Below, one piece after another: positions 48,105 through 62,602 of a stretch of DNA of 64,000 nt. Numbering within the stretch: position 1 is the stretch's first letter; every line of letters begins with the position of its first letter. The notes under the pieces were generated by a model. That model made no database searches, was not told the origin of the DNA, and saw only the letters and a list, made by a program, of their open reading frames with translations. Both the position numbers and the translations under genes were made by a program. Origin of the DNA: Xylographa opegraphella (taxonomy: Eukaryota); the NCBI GenBank assembly GCA_022813865.1, contig JALDZX010000008.1:186001-250000 (forward strand). Direction: 5' to 3'.

Positions 48105-49710
48105 ATGGCTAGTCACTTAGACCGTGGCCTCTTTGGCTTGGAAAGGCTGGATGACTCTGTACAGCACACTTTTATTGCACCAGTGAAAACGATCAACAAC
48201 GGTCAAGATGTTACGGCTTTTTTAGTGTCTCGAGCATATCATGATTTGATGACTTTTCTTATGCAGCTGAACAAAGCAATGTTTCCTCGTTATTCTGAAG
48301 GCCCAAGACCAGACCAAAGGACTACACAAGTGTTTGAGACTAATACTTCAGTCGTTACATTCTCGGAGACCATTCTGCAAATACAAGGACTAATACGTAC
48401 ACTTGGCGAAATCATAGACGAAGTGCCTTTGGATACCGGGCCTAGAAGATTTGGGAATGTAAGCTTTCGGAGGTGGCATACACACATTGAAAGCCGAGCA
48501 GATGCATTGCTCCATCAATTTCTGCCCTCACAAGTTTGTTCTTTCAACCACGAACCGGATTCAGGCCCATTATTAGAGTTGCGTGCATACTTCCTTGGCA
48601 GCTTTGGTAGCGCAGAGAGATTGGATTATGGAACTGGCCATGAGCTAAGTTTTCTGGCCTTTATTGGATGCATTTGGAAGCTTGGTGGCTTCCCTAGCTC
48701 AAGACCAGGACGTGTAGAGAGGGAAATTGTACTCGGTCTCATTGAGCCGTAGGTTTTGATAAAAGAAAGCTGAATTTCGCCAGAGGTGCCACTGGCTAAT
48801 GCCGGATACCTTCCAGATACCTAGCTCTCATTCGTCGCTTGATCTTGACTTACACTTTAGAACCAGCGGGATCTCATGGGGTCTGGGGCTTGGACGACCA
48901 TTCATTTTTACCTTATGTTTTTGGCAGTGCACAGTATGGTCCGCCAATTACAGATGCAGATCAAGTGCCTACGGAAGGCTCGCTCGTTGGGGCTCCTGAT
49001 CCTGCTAGTGTCATCAAACCGGCCTCTGTGGAAAGGGAAAGAAAGTCTAATATGTATTTTGGAGCCATTGGGTTCATATATGATGTGAAAAAGGGGCCAT
49101 TCTGGGAGCACTCTCCAACATTATACGACATATCTGGAGTGCGGACAGGGTGGGCAAAGATTAACAAGGTAACAATTGCGACGTCTCCGCATGACAATCG
49201 CTGATCCCAATATAGGGCATGATAAAAATGTACAACGTTGAAGTATTATCAAAGTTTCCGGTGGTCCAGCATTTTCCTTTCGGCTCGCTGTTCAGCTGGG
49301 ACCGAGACACCAATGCCATTGAACAACCAATGAGCGTGCACTCGTCAAGTCAACCCACACGGGAAAGCACTGCATCGGTCTCAATTAGCTCAGCTTCCAT
49401 GCGCTATCCCGTGCAGGAGAGCACGCAAGCACCCTGGGCGTCTTCAAGGATGAATCATCCAGAGATGGTTGGTGGAGTCAAAGCTCCATGGACAAGCGGG
49501 CAGCCGGATCCAGTTGCTGGCCATCTGAGACCAGTAGAACCTGGCCTGATACCTGTACGACGTGCAGGCCTCCAACCCTTTCGCCCCGTTGCGAGTGCTG
49601 CGAATCATATGAACATGCCACCAATGCAACCTGCTAGTAAAGCTGTCGGTGACACGGATAGCGACATCGCCTCTATGCCTCGGCCAGCAAACGGCCCGTG
49701 GCCCAAGTGA
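48105..49710 (+). CDS. RRD1: Protein phosphatase 2A activator (PTPA)
   Basis: [71 protein letters not shown]. Introns ~48749-48815 and ~49169-49215. Confidence 0.93.
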
Positions 49711-50704
49711 GTCAGAAGGGGAGAGCCGTGGTGAGATATGGACACCGCTTGGAAGTAGCTGCTGCATCCAATACTATGCAAAACAATCCAGGGGCATTAA
49801 GAGGACGAGGACCTCGGCCAACAACAAATTTCGGAGTCCACCTCTCCGTAGCTTCGCGTCAAGGTACCAGTTCTTCGGGTTTATAGCAATTGTAAAGTCC
49901 GGCATCAGGCGGTGCACGAGTGTGGCAAAGCAATGGCTGGGTCTATAATTGGTGTTGGCGGCGCACGACGACGTAATGCACCTCAAGACAGGTCGTCCAA
50001 GCGTGCTTCATGTCTAAGCTTCACTGCCCTTCTCATTTAATCACCAACCAGAGCTCGCAGATTGAGCAGACGATGAAACAGAGCTTGCAGCTACGAATCT
50101 TGTGTTATCTGTAGCCACGATGCTTGCTTCCCCATGCGATAATCAAGCGCATATTGGCCCATCCTGACCTGTCATATGAAGCTCATTTTTGCACAGCCCG
50201 CACCGAAACAATCATGCAGCGCTGGAGGCCGCCATGAGTAGAAGTTGAAAAATGATAAATACCAATCACTATCCTTGGGCGCTGTCCATGTTGTGTATTG
50301 AGCTAGGCAATTGGTATCACCATCACAACTATGCCGGGTGTCCGTGAGTTTGCCATTCCGCCATGAAGCTATCGTCACGCGACAAGGCGGGCGCATCGTA
50401 CAGCCCTTCGTATTCTGTGTTTCGCTGACACTGTTGTACTGTAGCTCCAGATGCTCTTGCTCAAGTCAAGAAGGGCTTGAAAGGTCTCTTCTCTCGCAAA
50501 AAGAGAGAGAGATCCCGAGCTGAACAGGGAGCGCCCAATGCATCCTCCAACACAACGTATTCCAGTACAGGTGTGACAAACGCTTCAATCTATGGTACGC
50601 ATTGCTGGATCAGTTGGTGACTCGCAATCTGAGCTGACTTTATCTAAGGGGCCGAACAAGCCACGCGGTCGGGCGCTGGCCATGACTCTACCATTCCGCA
50701 GATC

Positions 50705-51097
50705 ATGGAGCCTAACAATGTTGAAGAGTCCAGGAACATCGATCTCAACCCAGCGTCGGAGAACGAGCTGGAACAAACTCAAGTAGACGCGTCTACGGAT
50801 CATGAATCTCTTCTACCTAAGCTGGAGCCTATGGAACCTAAGCTCCCTGCTGAGGGCATGAGTGCTACCTCGGGGCCATTAAGTGATGATCTAGGCTACG
50901 GAGGTACAATGGGCTCGCCGGTAGAGGACAAACAGCTACAACTGCCAAATACAGATGCTGCCACTACAAAATTGGAGAACAAAGGCGAGACAGTGGAAGG
51001 GCGTGAAACCGAACCTACAGCACAAGCTGCGGAAAAGCCTATAGCTGCAGACCAACAGCATATTAATCAAGCTTTGCATGCAGAACCGAGTAACTAG
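50705..51097 (+). CDS. Hypothetical acidic, disordered protein
   Basis: 130-aa E/P/T-rich ORF. No family recognised. Confidence 0.3.
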   Translation: MEPNNVEESRNIDLNPASENELEQTQVDASTDHESLLPKLEPMEPKLPAEGMSATSGPLSDDLGYGGTMGSPVEDKQLQLPNTDAATTKLENKGETVEGRETEPTAQAAEKPIAADQQHINQALHAEPSN

Positions 51098-51196
51098 GAA
51101 CTCCGTTCTAGCAGGTAAAGCTCTTCGGTTTGCATTTCATTATGATTGATGCCAGATATTACCTCCATCTGTCTTACATGCGCCATATCTCGTGTC

Positions 51197-51887
51197 TCAT
51201 GCCGTATCTCCCTCCAAGACTCTATTTGAGCTCATCTCTCTCTTATCATGATTCTCGTTATTTTCAGCTTCGAAGGCCAGCTCCATGAGTTCATAGTCAT
51301 CCTCCGAATCCATTCCTAGTTCCTGTAAGATTGCATCGAGACTGTCACTCCTGTCTTTCATGCACTTTTCAACTCGCGGAGGAGTCTTTGGTACGTAGAG
51401 ACCGTTTTGGCGCGCCTCGAGCGCCTTTTTCTTGATCCTGCGGCAGCAACACCATCAGCATGTTCTCTAGTCCCAATTAAGGCAGTCTCTATGAAATAAC
51501 TAGAAACAACAAAAGATTGAATCGAGCTTCAACTAACCGAATCCTCGCTCGAGCCTCCTCCATTTTTATCATTCTCTGGACAAATGGTGCCAACGACTTT
51601 CCATCCCCAACATCTGAATTGGCGGCCGCCTCCCGTTTCACTTTTAGTATCGACTTTCCTTGGGTCGCCTTGGTTCTCTCCTTTCTGATATCCCATATCT
51701 CTTTCTTATTCTCGGGAAATTTCGTATTGAACTGTTCCTGAACTCTCTCTACCAAGGCTCCCGCCAGACAGACTGTTCTCAGAAAGGCGCGCTGTTCAGG
51801 TGTATAGTCCGGGGCTTTTGTTTTGTGAGCTTTACCCTTGCCACCCCGACCCCTATGTGACTGGGTAATAGAGGTGTCATTCCCCAT
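51197..51887 (-). CDS. Hypothetical protein (probable 2 exons, basic N-terminal helical domain)
   Basis: MGNDTSITQSHRGRGGKG...DYTPEQRAFLR...QFNTKFP (HTH/Myb-like feel). Probable intron ~51536-51438, then an acidic exon. Confidence 0.35.
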
Positions 51888-53215
51888 GCTTACACGTGAA
51901 AGAGGAAGGTTGTGTACAGTGTCAACTGATTTGACTACGGTGTTTTGAAGACCTCTGAGTATGCTGGCGTGTTGGTTGGAAATTGTGGAGAAGGAAGAGT
52001 TTGCGTGGAACATGAAACTCGAGAGATCATATAGTCCGAGGTGGCGGTAGTGAATGCTGCTGGAGATGAGTCGAGAACGGACGTGAAGTGAGATGGGGGT
52101 TGCGAGACATGATTCACACGCGGAGTGAAATCGCCAGAGCCGCGTTGTGGTGACGCGGCGGCTATGTCGAGGGAAGTGATGAGTCGAGCTGTTTACAGTG
52201 AGAACGCCAGTGTTCACTGGAGACGAACAGAACGTTGAAATTCCATCGTCAACACAACAATAGCTACCCGAAGGTACTAACGCAGCTGCAAGGCGAAGAG
52301 AACGACAAAGAACGCCACATCGGTACCTCGCAACAGACCGAACTCGACAAAGATATATGGACACATACGAACTTCGGCGCCGGTACCCAAATCGAGTGTT
52401 TCTCTCGTGGTTTCTTGTCGGCAAATCTGGCTGCCTCTCTTTGCATCCATTGCTGATTCTGTTATTCTCGTTTCATCACCAGCAAGCCAGTCATTGTATT
52501 TTGGATCATGCAAACTTTCAAAGGCCAACTGACTCACCATGTGACTCTCGCTTCTTCATAACTAGCCACAGCTGATGGATATTGTTTGCTGAACCTGTAT
52601 CAGCGGGCCTCACTCTCGTGACTTAGCCCACGAACAAGGCTGGACGGAGCTGAACGCGATGAGCTATCACCTTCGGTCCTTGCTCGACTTGTTCGGCAGT
52701 CTGTGGAACTTTTGCGTGAGTTTTTAGTGTTGCTTATTGGAAAGTCTCTCCAGCAGCTCGCTATGCATATCCAATAGATTCGGCAACGTGGTAATGGCTT
52801 ATGCTAACAGTGCTTAGAGAATATTGGGATTCGCTAATCCGGAGGAGTTTTGAAACCTGGATGGAAAAGCAACGTTGGGTAGGTAATGCCCTCAGTGGGA
52901 GCTCAGGCATGCCAATCATGTGAGGTCAAGGAAGTTGTTCCGGTGGTGACCGCTTTGGGTAAGAAGTTTCTACACACAGGGTGCAGCCTTGTCTCCACAA
53001 CCACATGGGCGGGCCCTTCCGTCTTGTATGGTCAAAGATAGTCAGGCTACCTTAAGGGATTGGCTTTGGTTGTGTTCAGTACAAGAGATTTGGCTGTGGA
53101 CGATATTCTGACAGAGGCTTGCGAAATCCGGCCCTCCATAGCAGTACATCCCTGCTTATCATTCGTGAACAAGCATTAGAGACCATGTATAAAACTTCCA
53201 TTGCGGTAAAATTGA

Positions 53216-55588
53216 CTAGTCCATCCCTATGCCATTCACAGTCCCCAAGAATTCGTTTCTGGCACCTTCGCGTAGTAATTCGTCCACATCCATGCCTGAA
53301 GCAGACAGATAGGTTTCGCTTACGCCTACGTTCACGCGCTGGCTCAACAGTTCCTTTAGCTCTGCCTTCAGCGCGCCGACCTCCGCCTTCGTAAGAGCTC
53401 GTGATTCGTTCTCACTCTTTTTTCTTCCTTGCCCGCGTCCCTTTTTGCTGGCGTCCTGTGCCGCAAATTCTTCACTGTCATAATCCACGCCTAAGTCTTC
53501 AGCGGCGGCTCGTAGCCAGTTGTCTTCGTGGCCGTGCTTCTCTTTCGCTAAAGATGCGTCGGCGATTTTCTTCGACAACGTCACCCGTGATTTCAAGCGG
53601 GCGACAATGCGACGGTCAAGATCGATAGTGCGCATGAAGTGCTGCCGATCATGTTCGGTCGCTGTGTTGCGAGCGTGGACTTTGGCAACAAGGCGTCTGA
53701 CCCCGACGACTTCTTCCGGGGCGCATAAAAGGATACTTGATCCTGATTTCTCGGCTCGTGCCGTACGGCCAGACCTGTGAACGTACATGTCTGCGGCACG
53801 CGGGAGATGGTAGTGTACGATGAGCTGGACAGATGGTATGTCGAGGCCACGAGCTGCGACATCCGTTGCTATAAGAATCGAACCGGGTTGTGACGGTGAC
53901 GAGAACCGCTCAATCGACCGAAGTCGCGCCTTCTGAGGCATCTGAGAGTGAAGTGCATAGGCTGGGATATTGAGGTTCTGGAGAAAAGGTGTGAGGCGGC
54001 GGACCGAGGAGATAGAGTTTGCGAAAATCAGCGTGCGAGTGTTTGGGTGGTGCATGAGGAGCGCATAGAGGTAGAGATCCTTCTCGAGACCCGCGCACTC
54101 GACGATGCCCTCCTTCAGGCCGGATGCCATTTGAGATATCGGATTAACGTCAATAAACTTGGGCTTCTCCTCCCGGAAATTAAGTTTCTTCAACAGATAC
54201 TCCATTGATTCTTGCTTCCCCATTAGCTGACTTCCTGAAGGCTTTCCTTTCCCTGCTAGCTTTTGCTGGAGCTCTTTCTGAAAAGTGGCGGAGAAGACTA
54301 GTGTCTGTCTTTGATGTTCACCGCTTACTCTTGAGGAATATTGCTTTTGGTCTTCCTCCGTGGGTTCGTCTTGACGGTCCAAGCTGTTTAAAATCTCTTC
54401 AACTTCCTTGAAGTGACCTTCGCTGAGCAATCGGTCTGCCTCATCGACAACTAAAAATCTAATCAGTCGTAGCCAACGAAGGATTCCTTGCCCCTCGCTA
54501 ATGATCTCCCAAAGTCGGCCAGGAGTCCCAATAATGATATCTGCATTGGTCAACACACGTTGCTGTTTTTGTAATGAGAGACCCCCGGTGATTGTAGCAA
54601 TGCGCGGAGTTGTACCGCTGATTACCGAGCATAGATCGGTCAGATGCGTTGCCAATTGATGTGCAAGCTCACGCGTGGGAGACATTATTAGTGCTACCGG
54701 AGAAGGTCGTCGCTCAGATGCCTTCGATTGTTCATCTGCTACTTTGTCTTTCCCTGTAACAAGATAGTGCTCAAGAATTGGAATACCAAATGCAAGAGTT
54801 TTCCCTGACCCAGTTGATGCCTTGCCGACGACATCGTGGCCGCTGAGAATCTCTGGTATGCTGGCACTTTGAATCGGAGTAGGAGCGGTGAAGCCCAACT
54901 TAGCCAAAGACGACAATGTCTGAGATGATAGCTGTAGTGAGGCCCACGCAGATACTGATAGGATCAGTAAAGCGGAGTGCTACGGCAGTGGAGTGCTTAC
55001 CGTCTGCTTCATCATCCTCCGAGTCATTGAGAATATCAAATGCATTCGCTTTTGTAGGCAGGACATCCTTGACCTTTTTAGAAGGAAGAGTCTTCTGTCT
55101 AGCTTTTGCCTTCGGCTTTTGCGGCTTGGCATGGTCACCAGATCGGCTCTTGTTCTTCACATTCGAGGCCTTCACAATAACCTCACGATCGCTCCCAAGT
55201 CCTTCCCACTCAGCTCCCTCGATTAGATCGGCATTCTCTACTTGCCCGGGTGCATCTTGCTTGCCGGTGTTGGCATTGTTCGTCAAGTTCCGGGACGCAA
55301 GCTAGCAGGGTAAGGACAACGAAGGACTTCACGGCAGTAAGGCTGTCTGCATACCTTGTACACGATGCTGTTACTTCCCACATCTTTCACAACCTCGACA
55401 TCTTCAATCTCCTCTAAACCAAAGAATCCTTCCGCGTCGTCGAAACGATCAGGTAACGTGACCTCGTTCCACTTGAGCTGGTCAATGGAGACCACGCCGT
55501 GCAAGGGTTTGACTTCCTCAGTTGGCTTCGTCTCTGTTCTGCGCCTTTTCTTTGAAAGCTGCGCTGCTTTTTCAAGTGGTCGCTTCAT
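53216..55588 (-). CDS. MAK5: ATP-dependent DEAD-box RNA helicase Mak5
   Basis: GFFGLEEI N-terminal motif, Q motif GFTAPTPIQ, ASTGSGKT, PTRELA, DEAD, SAT, ARGLD, HRSGRTAR. Two introns near the 5' end. Confidence 0.95.
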
Positions 55589-55739
55589 ACCTTACTGAAG
55601 CCGGCACTTTTTCAACTGGACAGGGGTTTGACAATCCCGAAGAAATGGAAGTTTTATATTGGTAGGGCTGATGTCGCTTAAATTTACCGGTGATTTCCGT
55701 CATCTCATCCTAACCGAAGAACTGTCAATCTACAAAGCA
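55589..55739. promoter_or_regulatory. Compact bidirectional promoter between MAK5 and TRM7
   Basis: Only 151 bp between the divergent ATGs. Confidence 0.7.
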
Positions 55740-56861
55740 ATGGGCAAATCCTCGAAAGACAAGCGCGACGCCTACTACCGTCTTGCCAAAGAGCAAGGTT
55801 GGCGGGCTCGCTCAGCATTCAAGCTCATACAGCTTGACGAGCAGTTCAACCTCTTTGATGGCGTGGCACGTGTCGTAGACTTGTGTGCCGCTCCAGGTAG
55901 CTGGAGCCAGGTGCTGTCGCGTGTGCTTATCAAAGGTGAGAGCTTCGGCAGACGAGCCTGGGAAGAGAAGCAACGAAGGGAGCAGGCGATTATCTTTGGA
56001 AACCCCCTGGACCCGGACATCAAAGAAGGGGAACTAAAACCCAGAGACGGTGTTAAAATTGTGGCAGTGGACTTGCAACCTATGTCTTCCCTGGAAGGAA
56101 TCACTACTTTAAAGGCAGATATTACTCACCCGTCTACTATCCCCAGGATTTTGGAAGCTCTGGATCCGGAAACCTACAATCCTGAGAACGCATCCAACTC
56201 TGGCAGTCATCCAGTGGACTTGGTGCTGAGCGATGGCGCGCCCGATGTCACCGGCCTCCACGATCTCGATATCTACGTACAATCCCAGCTGCTTTTTTCC
56301 GCCCTCAATCTCGCTTTGCGCGTGTTGAAGCCCGGAAGTAAGTTTGTCGCCAAGATCTTCAGAGGCAAGGACGTCGACCTCATCTATACACAATTGAGAT
56401 GCTTTTTCACGAAAGTTACTTGTGCAAAGCCTCGCAGCAGTCGAGCAAGCAGTCTAGAAGCCTTCATTGTCTGCGAAGGCTTTACCATGCCGAAGGGATA
56501 TGTTCTTGATCCCCAGGAGCCGGTAGGACTGGGAGCAAAACTCCCGCCACGGGCCAAGGATCTTGACCTCGATGATGGGATCAAAGAGCCATGGGTGGAC
56601 GGACAACGGAGAATTGTACGGGATGACGGCATCACGGAACTGGAATTTGAGTCTGATGAAGAAGACGACGTCCGGTGGATTGCACCCTTTGTGGTGTGCG
56701 GTGATCTGTCAGCTTGGGATTCTGACGCAACCTACCATTTGCCGAAAGACCGGGTCACTTTGGACCCAGTGCAACCGCCCACAGCGCCTCCGTACAAGAG
56801 AGCTCTGGAACTACGGAGGCAACAAGGTGGAGCATATGGCAAGACGAAGCATCAGACATAA
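55740..56861 (+). CDS. TRM7: tRNA (cytidine32/guanosine34-2'-O)-methyltransferase
   Basis: [73 protein letters not shown]. Single exon. Confidence 0.96.
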   Translation: MGKSSKDKRDAYYRLAKEQGWRARSAFKLIQLDEQFNLFDGVARVVDLCAAPGSWSQVLSRVLIKGESFGRRAWEEKQRREQAIIFGNPLDPDIKEGELKPRDGVKIVAVDLQPMSSLEGITTLKADITHPSTIPRILEALDPETYNPENASNSGSHPVDLVLSDGAPDVTGLHDLDIYVQSQLLFSALNLALRVLKPGSKFVAKIFRGKDVDLIYTQLRCFFTKVTCAKPRSSRASSLEAFIVCEGFTMPKGYVLDPQEPVGLGAKLPPRAKDLDLDDGIKEPWVDGQRRIVRDDGITELEFESDEEDDVRWIAPFVVCGDLSAWDSDATYHLPKDRVTLDPVQPPTAPPYKRALELRRQQGGAYGKTKHQT

Positions 56862-58672
56862 TGATATTGCATTAGCACATCCAACCAAATGATCACTTAG
56901 GAGTCAACCATTATGCGAACGACTTTGATTCTCAACAACATTGTTATGGAATCCATGCAAGATGGACTATTGGCAGTCGTATTGTCTGAAAGTCTATCAC
57001 ACGGAACGATCCAGATCGTACCGCCATGTAGCATTTTTGCTATTCTTATTAATAGAGCCACTATATGCCGTCTGCTGACGCTGAGACTGGCTATGTTCAC
57101 CAGGAAAAGCGCCCAGGACGTTTCATGCTCCAACATAATTTCTGCAAACTCGTTAACGTCATCCATCTATACCTTGGTACCATGATGATCCATCTGCTGC
57201 ATGCCTGGTCCTCCACGAAGGTAACCCGTGCTACCTTGAATCCGAGGTACAGAGAGCAACATTAGTACAAATCCTACAGAAGCACCTCCCAGCGTTGCCG
57301 ATGCCTGCGTTTGCGCTAGGACTTAGTTGGGACGTCTCAGCAGCAGGTTTAGTTGAAACAGAAAGGGATTCTGCAGGAGAAAATGGTTTTTGGAATTTCT
57401 AGTAGTTGCGAATGGATCGTAGGACAGGCAGCGCTGGACCTGATCCATACTAGCCCTGCGTTGAGGCGACACGAGAAGAACCTCATAGCATCGGGAAGGA
57501 TGACACTTACAGCTCTGACATCGCAAAGTTGCATGCTTAAAACCAAGTTGTCTGATAAAAACCACTTCTGCTCCCGGCCAGAAAACATGTCGCTCTAGAA
57601 CGCTAGGGACAAGTTTGGAATCCACAATAGCGAGACACCAACAGCTGAGATTCCATTGATCCATCCTGCTCGCATTCAGTCACAGGAACCAGCACATTAG
57701 CAGGCCCAAAGATGGCGACACAGTCATCGCCTGGCAGATGTTCATGCGCTATTAAGCTTGCGGCTGCGCACTATTGAGCCTACAGCCTGAGCAGCAATAG
57801 TCACGGTATCGGTCCGAATTGAAACATGTCTAGTTGGCACCACAAGCACAGTTCACATGCGGGACCAGTCGTGGAGCCAGGAGACAGCTAACACCGGTGG
57901 CTCTGAATGCAAAGGCGCCAGTGCGGAAGTTTCACAGCATGTATATGGCGAGTGTACAAGAAGTGAACAGAAATGGCTCGCAGGAGAGTCACCATTTACT
58001 CGCAGGTACCAAAGGTCACGAAAGCATCGGAACAAAAGATCTGAGATTGAATCTGTAGGACAGACGAGCAAGGAGACAAACTCTCGAGGAGGTCACGTAG
58101 AAAGTGAGGAAAATAGCAGAAGAGAGTCATATGAGCGGGCCATGCCATAGATGAAGTTACAAGTAGGTATCGTGCTTGTGAAAAGACAATCCACAAAGCA
58201 CAGGAAATGTCACTATTGATTGGTGGTTGGTGAAGCTGAGTACTCTTGCTCAGCTATTGAACCTCGTAGATAGCTAAGTCTTGGTACAAGCGGGAGTCGT
58301 AGTAGAAAGTTAGCTACGTGATCGAGTGTTGAACCCATGGTACTGGAATTCCTAGACTACGGCCCACCTGATTCAGTGCCGCAGTCTGATACACTCCCGG
58401 AAACGACAATCGAGATTTGGAGTGTCTTTTAGAATTTTCCAAGAGTAGCGCTTTGCGAGTGATCTCAATCACATTACGTTACAGTTGACCACATTGGGAC
58501 GGGTCTCGAATGAAGCGTTGTCTGTCGATGTCGAGCTCTTAGCGGGTCTGCGGTTGTGGCGAAGCAGCCATCAAGAGGTCATCGCTGTAGTCGGTAAGGC
58601 ACTGTCCGCGGTGAAAGGAGATCATGAATGTAGGGGCGCTGCAGTAGCTGTGGGACAATATCATGACCGGTC

Positions 58673-59657
58673 TCACGAGAGCGGTTTGATGCCTTTGTGG
58701 ATGGCAGCAATACCTCCTGTCAAGTCCTCCCAGCCTTGCCCCGGAATCATAAATCCTGCACGCTCGATCATGCTTCTGAATTCTGTTTGACTTGGAAACT
58801 TTTCAATACTCTCCACCAGGTACTGATAGCTTCCTCGGTCAGCTGCCACAAGCTGTCCAAGTATAGGTATTGCACCAAAGCTCCATCTTTTGTATATGCC
58901 GTTGAATAGAGCATTATTGACCTTACTGAATTCCAGACACGCAAACACTCCCCCAGGTTTGAGGATGCGGTACGCTTCATGCAAAGCTCTCTGCTTGTCG
59001 GTGAAATTTCGGATGCCAAAAGCAACCGTATAGAGGTCTATAGAATTGCTTTCCACCATAGACAATTTCTCGGCATTGGCTTCGAGAAAGTTCAATCTCT
59101 CTGTTCCGGCATAAGGAGTCTCTAGACTGCGTTTTCGGCCTTCCGCAAGCATATCTGGGTTTATATCTGAGACTGTGACAGATGTCTTGGCATCGTGGTT
59201 GATTGTGGTAGCATAATCCAGCATTCGAAATGCTATATCGCCTGTGCCACCAGCGACATCTAGGATCTTCCATCCTTTACTATCGGTGGTACTTCCTGTA
59301 TTCGAGCCAGGATTGAGAGAGCGAACGAAGTGGTCTTTCCATAACCGGTGAATCCCAAGGGACATGAAGTCATTCATGGTATCGTAGGACGATGCGACAG
59401 AGGAGAAGACAGCACCCACTGTTTTGGGATATTAGTGAATGTGTATCAATTTCGGCCTGTTATCTACCTTTTGATTCCTTTGCAGATTCTGGCACTGTCT
59501 CGAATCCAAAATGCGTAGTTCTGTCATTATTTCCCGCCTGTCCTACATCTTCTTGAGACCTAAAGGCCGTATGTGACAGCAATCGGACTTGTCCTATACG
59601 TTTGCAACTTACACAAGCAGCCCTGTGAAGTGCTGATGCCCCAGAGCGTACAAACAT
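58673..59657 (-). CDS. COQ5: Mitochondrial 2-methoxy-6-polyprenyl-1,4-benzoquinol methylase
   Basis: Presequence, THFGFETV, YDTMNDFMSLGIHRLWK, LDVAGGTGDIAF, YLVESI. Intron ~59467-59419. Confidence 0.96.
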
Positions 59658-60252
59658 GGCGCTGTAACAGAAATCAACCCGATTTGGAGGGAGTTGAATG
59701 GCGAACTAATTGTCGCCTTGTAGGGCTGAGATTGGATACATCTCGTCTCATCGGTTCTCAGTGCTACTGGAGTAACTTGCGCATGGAAGAAAAAGTGACA
59801 AGATTACTACATATTCAGATAGGCACTTGCAGTTACCATCTGACTCTTGCGCTTCGAGAAATCACAGTCGACTGTTGGCGATGAGTAGTACACCGTACCA
59901 TTGAATTTTGCTACAACTGCTTCCTCATTCGTGGAGTCTAGCACTTTCCTTCGTGCTTGGTTATATGAAGTTTTGTTTCCCTTCTCAAGGATGCTAGTTA
60001 ATAATCAAGTGGCATTTCAAAGCTGTATGTCTCTGGCTGTAGTCCCCTAGTACATTTTGCTGGTCTGTAACTGTGTATGGCTGCTCAATCCGAGATACTG
60101 AGAAAAGCATCAGAGAAAGATCCCTTCCGCTGAAGCGCGCTGAACAGATACGGGCGTTATCGATTTGGGGGAGTCTTTTTCAGCTGTTGGAGAATTACTG
60201 ATATTCTGCTTCACGAGGGAACAGCATAAAAACACTACACGTCAGCTCCTCA

Positions 60253-61851
60253 ATGCCGCACCTAACGGGCTTGAGGCTTTCAAAAGCCTTGAAGAATCCC
60301 TTCATTGAGCGCTATGACCCGGTCTCTGTATCATTGGTCGGAACTACGTTTCGTAGATGGAGCTCCGTTTCCCAACGCCCGAGATCAGACCAGTCAGTAA
60401 CCTGTCCGAGCATATAGCATTCTGCCGCAGGATTTATTAGTTGATATGTTCTTAGTGTTCACTTTCCAGGGGCAGTCAATAGTAAATTCGTTACGCAACT
60501 CTCGTTCGAGCGGCCGTCAACCCGAACGGCGATGCCTACATACAGAGTCATGGATTCTGATGGTGTGATCGTTGATGAAGGAAGAAAGCCAACGGAAATC
60601 AGAAGTGAAGAGATTTTGACATGGTACAAGAACATGTTGACTGGTACGAGGCTTCTCCAAATCTCCCATTTTCGATAATAATGTGGACTTATTCCATTAT
60701 GCCGGAGTAGTCAGTATCATGGACCTCATCATGTTCGATGCTCAAAGGCAGGGCAGACTAAGCTTCTATATGGTCTGTGTTTATCACGACCTCAAGTGTA
60801 GGCCGACTTGCTGACACAGGGCAGGTTTCGGCGGGAGAGGAAGGCATAGCGGTCGGCTCTGCATCCGCACTCTTGCCTGAAGATGTTGTGTTTGCACAGT
60901 ACAGGGAGACAGGAGTCTTCCAGCAGAGGGGTTTCGGTCTCGACGAATTTATGAACCAGCTTTTCGCAAACCGCAAGGACTCCGGAAAAGGTCGGAATAT
61001 GCCTGTACATTACGGGAGTAGCAAGCTCAACCACGTAGGCCGGCTTTCAATCATTTATCAAACAACTGCTAACATGTTTGCAGCATGCGATATCTTCGCC
61101 CTTGGCCACCCAGATTCCCCAGGCTGCTGGTGCGGCATACGCCCTGAAACTCCAATCATTGCAAAATCCGAATGTGTCACCTCGAATCGTTGCATGCTAT
61201 TTCGGAGAAGGCGCCGCCAGCGAAGGGGATTTCCACGCTGCCCTAAATATCGCTGCCACACGGTCGTGTCCTATCGTTTTCATCTGTCGTAACAACGGCT
61301 ACGCGATCTCCACACCTACACTCGAACAATACCGTGGGGACGGTATCGCTAGCCGTGGTATCGGATACGGTATTGACACCATCCGCGTCGACGGCAACGA
61401 CATCTTCGCCGTCCGCGAAGTCACCAAAGAAGCTCGCCGCATGGCCTTAGAAGACGGCGGGAAGCCCATTCTCATCGAAGCCATGAGCTACCGTGTCTCA
61501 CACCACAGCACCAGTGACGATAGCTTTGCCTATCGCGCGAAGGTCGAGGTCGAAGACTGGAAGCGGCGAGACAACCCTATCACTCGCCTACGCAAATGGC
61601 TTGAAATCAATGATCTCTGGGACGAGGACAAGGAGAAGGATACGCGGTCATCGATCCGGAAGGAGGTCCTAAAGGCTTTCGCGGCAGCAGAGAAAGAGAA
61701 GAAGGCTCCGCTGCGGGACATGTTCACCGATGTGTACGAAGAGCTGACGGAGGAGAGCAAGGCGCAAATGGCTGAGCTGAGAAGCGTTCTCGAGAGGTAC
61801 CCGAACGAATATGACGTGGATGACTTCGAAGGTGGTCGGCAGGGTTTGTGA
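60253..61851 (+). CDS. Branched-chain alpha-keto acid dehydrogenase E1 alpha subunit
   Basis: VHFPGAVNSKF, AQRQGRLSFYM, GRNMPVHYG, ISSPLATQIP, GEGAASEGD...NN (ThDP motif), YRVSHHSTSDDS. Four short introns. Confidence 0.95.
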
Positions 61852-62602
61852 GACATCACGTGGTGGGGTTTGGCCGATCCTGAAGGTGTTGGAGAGCAAC
61901 AGTGACAACCTGAGAGCACGCTCAGATTGCCGCGGAACTCACACAATGCTTAGACAAAAAACATATAGGAAGATCATTACGGCCCAGTATCGTACCATTA
62001 ACCACATTGACCTGAAAAGGCGGTGCACGATGGTGTAATCATCGCAGTGGAGCCTAGGAAGAGGAAGCCTCGATCAGATATCGAAGGCACGACACAGATT
62101 TCTGAGCTCGACGAGCTGACAAAGAGAGCGAGGGTTCATCTGCTTGAGTAACAGGCAGGAATACCGGAGGAGGCAGAGACATCGAAAAGGGGAGCACTCA
62201 GGATCGATGATAAGTCGAGGGACTATCGGGCTATGAACAGACCGCCAAAGCGGCAGGGAGAAAGTTGGTACATGGGCGAGTAGGGGGACAAATAAATGCG
62301 CCCGATACACATGCATTGGAGCAAGCTAGATATACATATGTTTGTCCGTGAAGTTGCATGCGGCGGTTCGCTGTTTCGAATCATCGGACGTAAGCGAGCA
62401 CTATTTCAAATGATCAGACGCAAGTGACTATCGATTAGACATTATGGTCGCTACGCACGCCGTAATATGTTTAAGACTATTAAGCTGGACGACGGGATGT
62501 ACACCCGGGCCCGCAATATTCTACTCTGAAAACAAACGGTCAAGCAAATCCGCAAGCACGCGTCCCTCTATCGGTCATATCCCATCCCTGCAAACTCAAC
62601 AA

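Noticed and set aside
57320..58200. Short ORFs between TRM7 and COQ5 (e.g. 57857-58150)
   Set aside because: No clear start or splice model and no family motif; cannot support a call.
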